Assembly: GCA_020891255.1 (NCBI GenBank)
Contig: BQFW01000006.1
Location: 1,674,001-1,738,000, forward strand
Origin: Entomortierella parvispora E1425
Lineage: Eukaryota > Fungi > Mortierellomycota
Direction: 5' to 3'
DNA: 64,000 bases
Numbering within the stretch: position 1 is the stretch's first letter; each line of letters opens with the position of its first letter. Positions 61,186 to 64,000 of the stretch are shown here, piece by piece. The notes beneath the pieces are model-generated. The model worked only from the letters and a program-made list of their open reading frames with translations. It ran no database searches and had not been told where the DNA came from. Made by a program: the position numbers and the translations under genes.

Positions 61186-64000
61186 ATGATCGAGGTCAAC
61201 CCAAACGGCAACGTGCCCCCCTATGTTGACCTGAACTCACCAATCCCTCTTGGCGCCACTAGACGCACCATCCTTATCACTCTTGCCGCTTTACTCTCAT
61301 CCATCGGTCTCATATCTACATTGCTCTTTCAACAAATATCTAAAAGAGACAACAACCTTCGACAACGTGGTCGATACCTTGTTACACTTCAAGGACTATT
61401 CTCGTCACTATTCCTTTCCCTTCTTTTGTTCTACCAGGCGTACAAATATCGGTTCCCTTGTATCATCCTCTATTATGGTACGAACCGATTAGGACAGCAA
61501 AACATTCACTTCTCGGCAACAAGCATTTTAATGTGCGGGGACCTAAAAACATCCGATTCATTTTGTTGTTTTGTGCTCCTGCTTAGGGAGTTACTTGGGA
61601 CTGGTCCCATATGTCATGCTACTCACAGGCAGAGGTTGGCGTCTGATTAGTCGTGTGGATCGAAATCATGCCATTTACTTGTCCAGATTCGCAGAGCCTT
61701 CAGATATCGCAGCTCTGCAAAACTCGAGTCTACCTACAAGGAGGGACCGAGCCACCTTCCCTCCAAAGGAACGCTCCAACCCGTCATTGATCAACCTGGC
61801 TTCCCTTCGACAGCGGCAAGGGTCGGATGTCCAGGATCCACTGGATGAATCGGACCGTATCTTTGAACTGACCCAGCGGTCGGCCCGGGAGATTGCTCAG
61901 TCCAAAAAGTGGTATAACCGCTACAGAACGGTCACTGACCGACAAATGTTGGGTGTAGCGGCTCTTTTCATGGCCCTCAGCATCATTGTCGCCATCTCAT
62001 TCCAGGTCCACACCCCAGGTGTCTCTGCCTCTCCCGTCATCTACGTGTGCCATAGTGGCGCCGAGGTTTGTGTTGTTTAAACTCTTTTGGCTTACGTGTT
62101 ACACCGTCTTTTGACCTGGCAGACTAACAAGATTCCTATTTCTCCTCGGATGGATTTAGTACTTTTTCCCATATGGAGCCATCATTTTTTTTCTCTTCGT
62201 GCTCTCGCCGATTATGGTCTACCAGCTCAAGGGCATCCACGATGGCTTTGGTATCAGAAAAGAACTCATATTCATCTCATTCTTCTCTGCGCCTTGCTTT
62301 ATCTGCTACTTCTTGATCCCAGCAGTTGCTCCCGACTTCACAATCCGATATGTGGACAGAACTACTTATATGGTTCTCATTCTTGTGGCGAGCCACATCC
62401 CTAGTATCATCATGCCTTTGTTCCGCCATTTCAAAAACACCCCCAGCAATTGCCCCATCACCTCCAGAGCGTTCAAGAAGAAAGTTCCAAAGGAGACGAG
62501 GTCGTCAGTGTCCAATTCAGCAGTCAAAGAGCCCGGGATGGATGACTACGACTGGAGCAATGGCGGTGATAAAGACAAGAGCGATGCTCCAGAATCACGT
62601 TGGACTCCGACAGCAACGGGCGCCGCCGCCGCGGCGATGGCGGAGGAGCAGGAGGGAGAGAGCATGGTCCAATCGAGCGAAATCCAATTTCCACCGGTGC
62701 CGGCCCCCACCGTGGACAAGCAAGAGATCAGCGGCAGAGAACAACCACAAATGACCTCGAGCATCACAATCCAGGACAATCTCCACCCTCATGGCAGCGA
62801 TAGGCAGCATTCGCTTCCGAGCTACTACCAACAACGCCATGGACGGAAACAGAGTACCAGCAACATGAACATGTCGTTACGGAACTTGCTCAAGAACTCA
62901 AAGATGACCCATTTCAATCTTGGATTCGGTCAGCATCAGCAGCAACAGGATTTGGCAGAGCTGGATAATCGCAAGGGCGATTGGGAGGCGTTCATGAAGG
63001 TGTTGGAGGATCAGGAGCTATTTGAGCGATTGAGCGCGTTCACGGTTGGAGAGTTTTGTGCAGAGAACACGCGCTTCTTGTACGAGGTCTCACGTCTGGA
63101 AAAGAGGGCAGTTCAGTATGAGCATCTGCGACAATTGACGGCCATGCCGGTTGGTGAAACACAACAGCAACAGGAACAACAACAACAAACGGAGTCGTCT
63201 TCCCTTCGTCATATGTACAGAACAGCCGGACCTCACTCTTCTAGACAGGAAAAGACGGTCTCTACTTTGACAGACCATTCAACACTTTCACCATTGCCGA
63301 CGCACTTTTCATCCTCCTTCTCTCGGGAGAAACATACCAATCAGGGGAGCGATGACGAAAGCGGGATGGATCCTCACCAAGTCAAGAAGATTGTGTCACT
63401 GTCCTCGGTGAACTCGACTGCGCCCTTGTTGCGCCCTCGGCGTTCGTCTTCCTCTTACTTTGACGAGTCTGAACCTTCTTCACCCCTGGGATCTTCCTCG
63501 ATTCAATCGACCTTTATCCGGTATGGATCGGGTTCAGCCACCGCATTGCCGGATCTGGAGGAAGGCGGGGGAAGAGGTGACAGCATCGCGCTTCAAAAGT
63601 TGGATAGATCATTTTCAACCCATCATCTGAGCACGGCTTTGACCACAAAGGAAACTGCAGTTTCATCCACCACGACCTTGGGAGACGGATACGCTACCGC
63701 GTCCACAACGACCACCACCACCACTACGCACCATTACAAGTGGCTGGATCTCACCGATCAAACTGCGGCTGCAGCTGCAGCCGCGAAACTGCTGATGCCT
63801 TTGCCGATGCCCCCTACACTATTGATTCAGTTTGAATACGTTTACAAAACCTTTATTCAACATGGGGGGAGACTGGAACTGAACCTTTCTTATGATACCT
63901 CACTGGAGATTCAAAGACGGGCCAAGTTGGGCGACTGGAGGTCGGGTCTGTTTGATAGTGCAATTGAAGAAATCCAAGAGCTGCTCTTCCGAGACGTTTG
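61186..64000 (+). CDS. 7TM-RGS fusion protein (GprK/AtRGS1-like receptor-RGS), truncated at the window end
   Basis: Seven TM segments across 3 exons (introns ~61479-61587 and ~62064-62159), DGFGIRKEL motif, RGS box FMKVLEDQELFERLSAFTVGEFCAENTRFLYEV ... VYKTFIQHGGRLELNLSYDT...LFDSAIEEIQELLFRD. The frame is open from 62160 to the end. Confidence 0.88.

Overview
A gene-dense, intron-rich (GT-AG, short introns, CTAAC/CTGAC branch points) eukaryotic window that looks like an early-diverging fungus. Mortierellaceae is my inference from gene style, the F-box/LRR type and the pyrimidine-rich leaders; it is not a database result. I can reconstruct about 22 protein-coding genes: the NDUFS1 3' end, Doa10/MARCH6, a BRCC36-like JAMM deubiquitinase, an ACAP-type ArfGAP, GAA1, CMS1, an F-box/LRR protein, a DAGK/sphingosine-kinase-like kinase, an APC amino-acid permease, a 99-aa orphan, DPH6, a Swt1-like PIN protein, a secreted ferritin-like protein, an ABCC transporter, Bye1/PHF3-like, PEX11-family, MED21, Esc2/Rad60-like, a LaeA-like methyltransferase, an orphan 6-TM protein and a 7TM-RGS truncated by the window edge. 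There is also one elongator tRNA-Met(CAT). I saw no transposon, CRISPR array, rRNA or biosynthetic gene cluster. The main oddities are: (1) an intact ABCC whose ATPase motifs are degenerate at both nucleotide sites; (2) a probably myristoylated LaeA-like protein with a degenerate SAM-binding site; (3) a catalytically intact BRCC36 head-to-head with Doa10; (4) a candidate box C/D snoRNA in a putative 5'UTR intron of CMS1; (5) a 7TM-RGS with a split RGS box; (6) two GC-AG introns. All exon structures were inferred by eye, and coordinates are spans from start to stop codon including introns.
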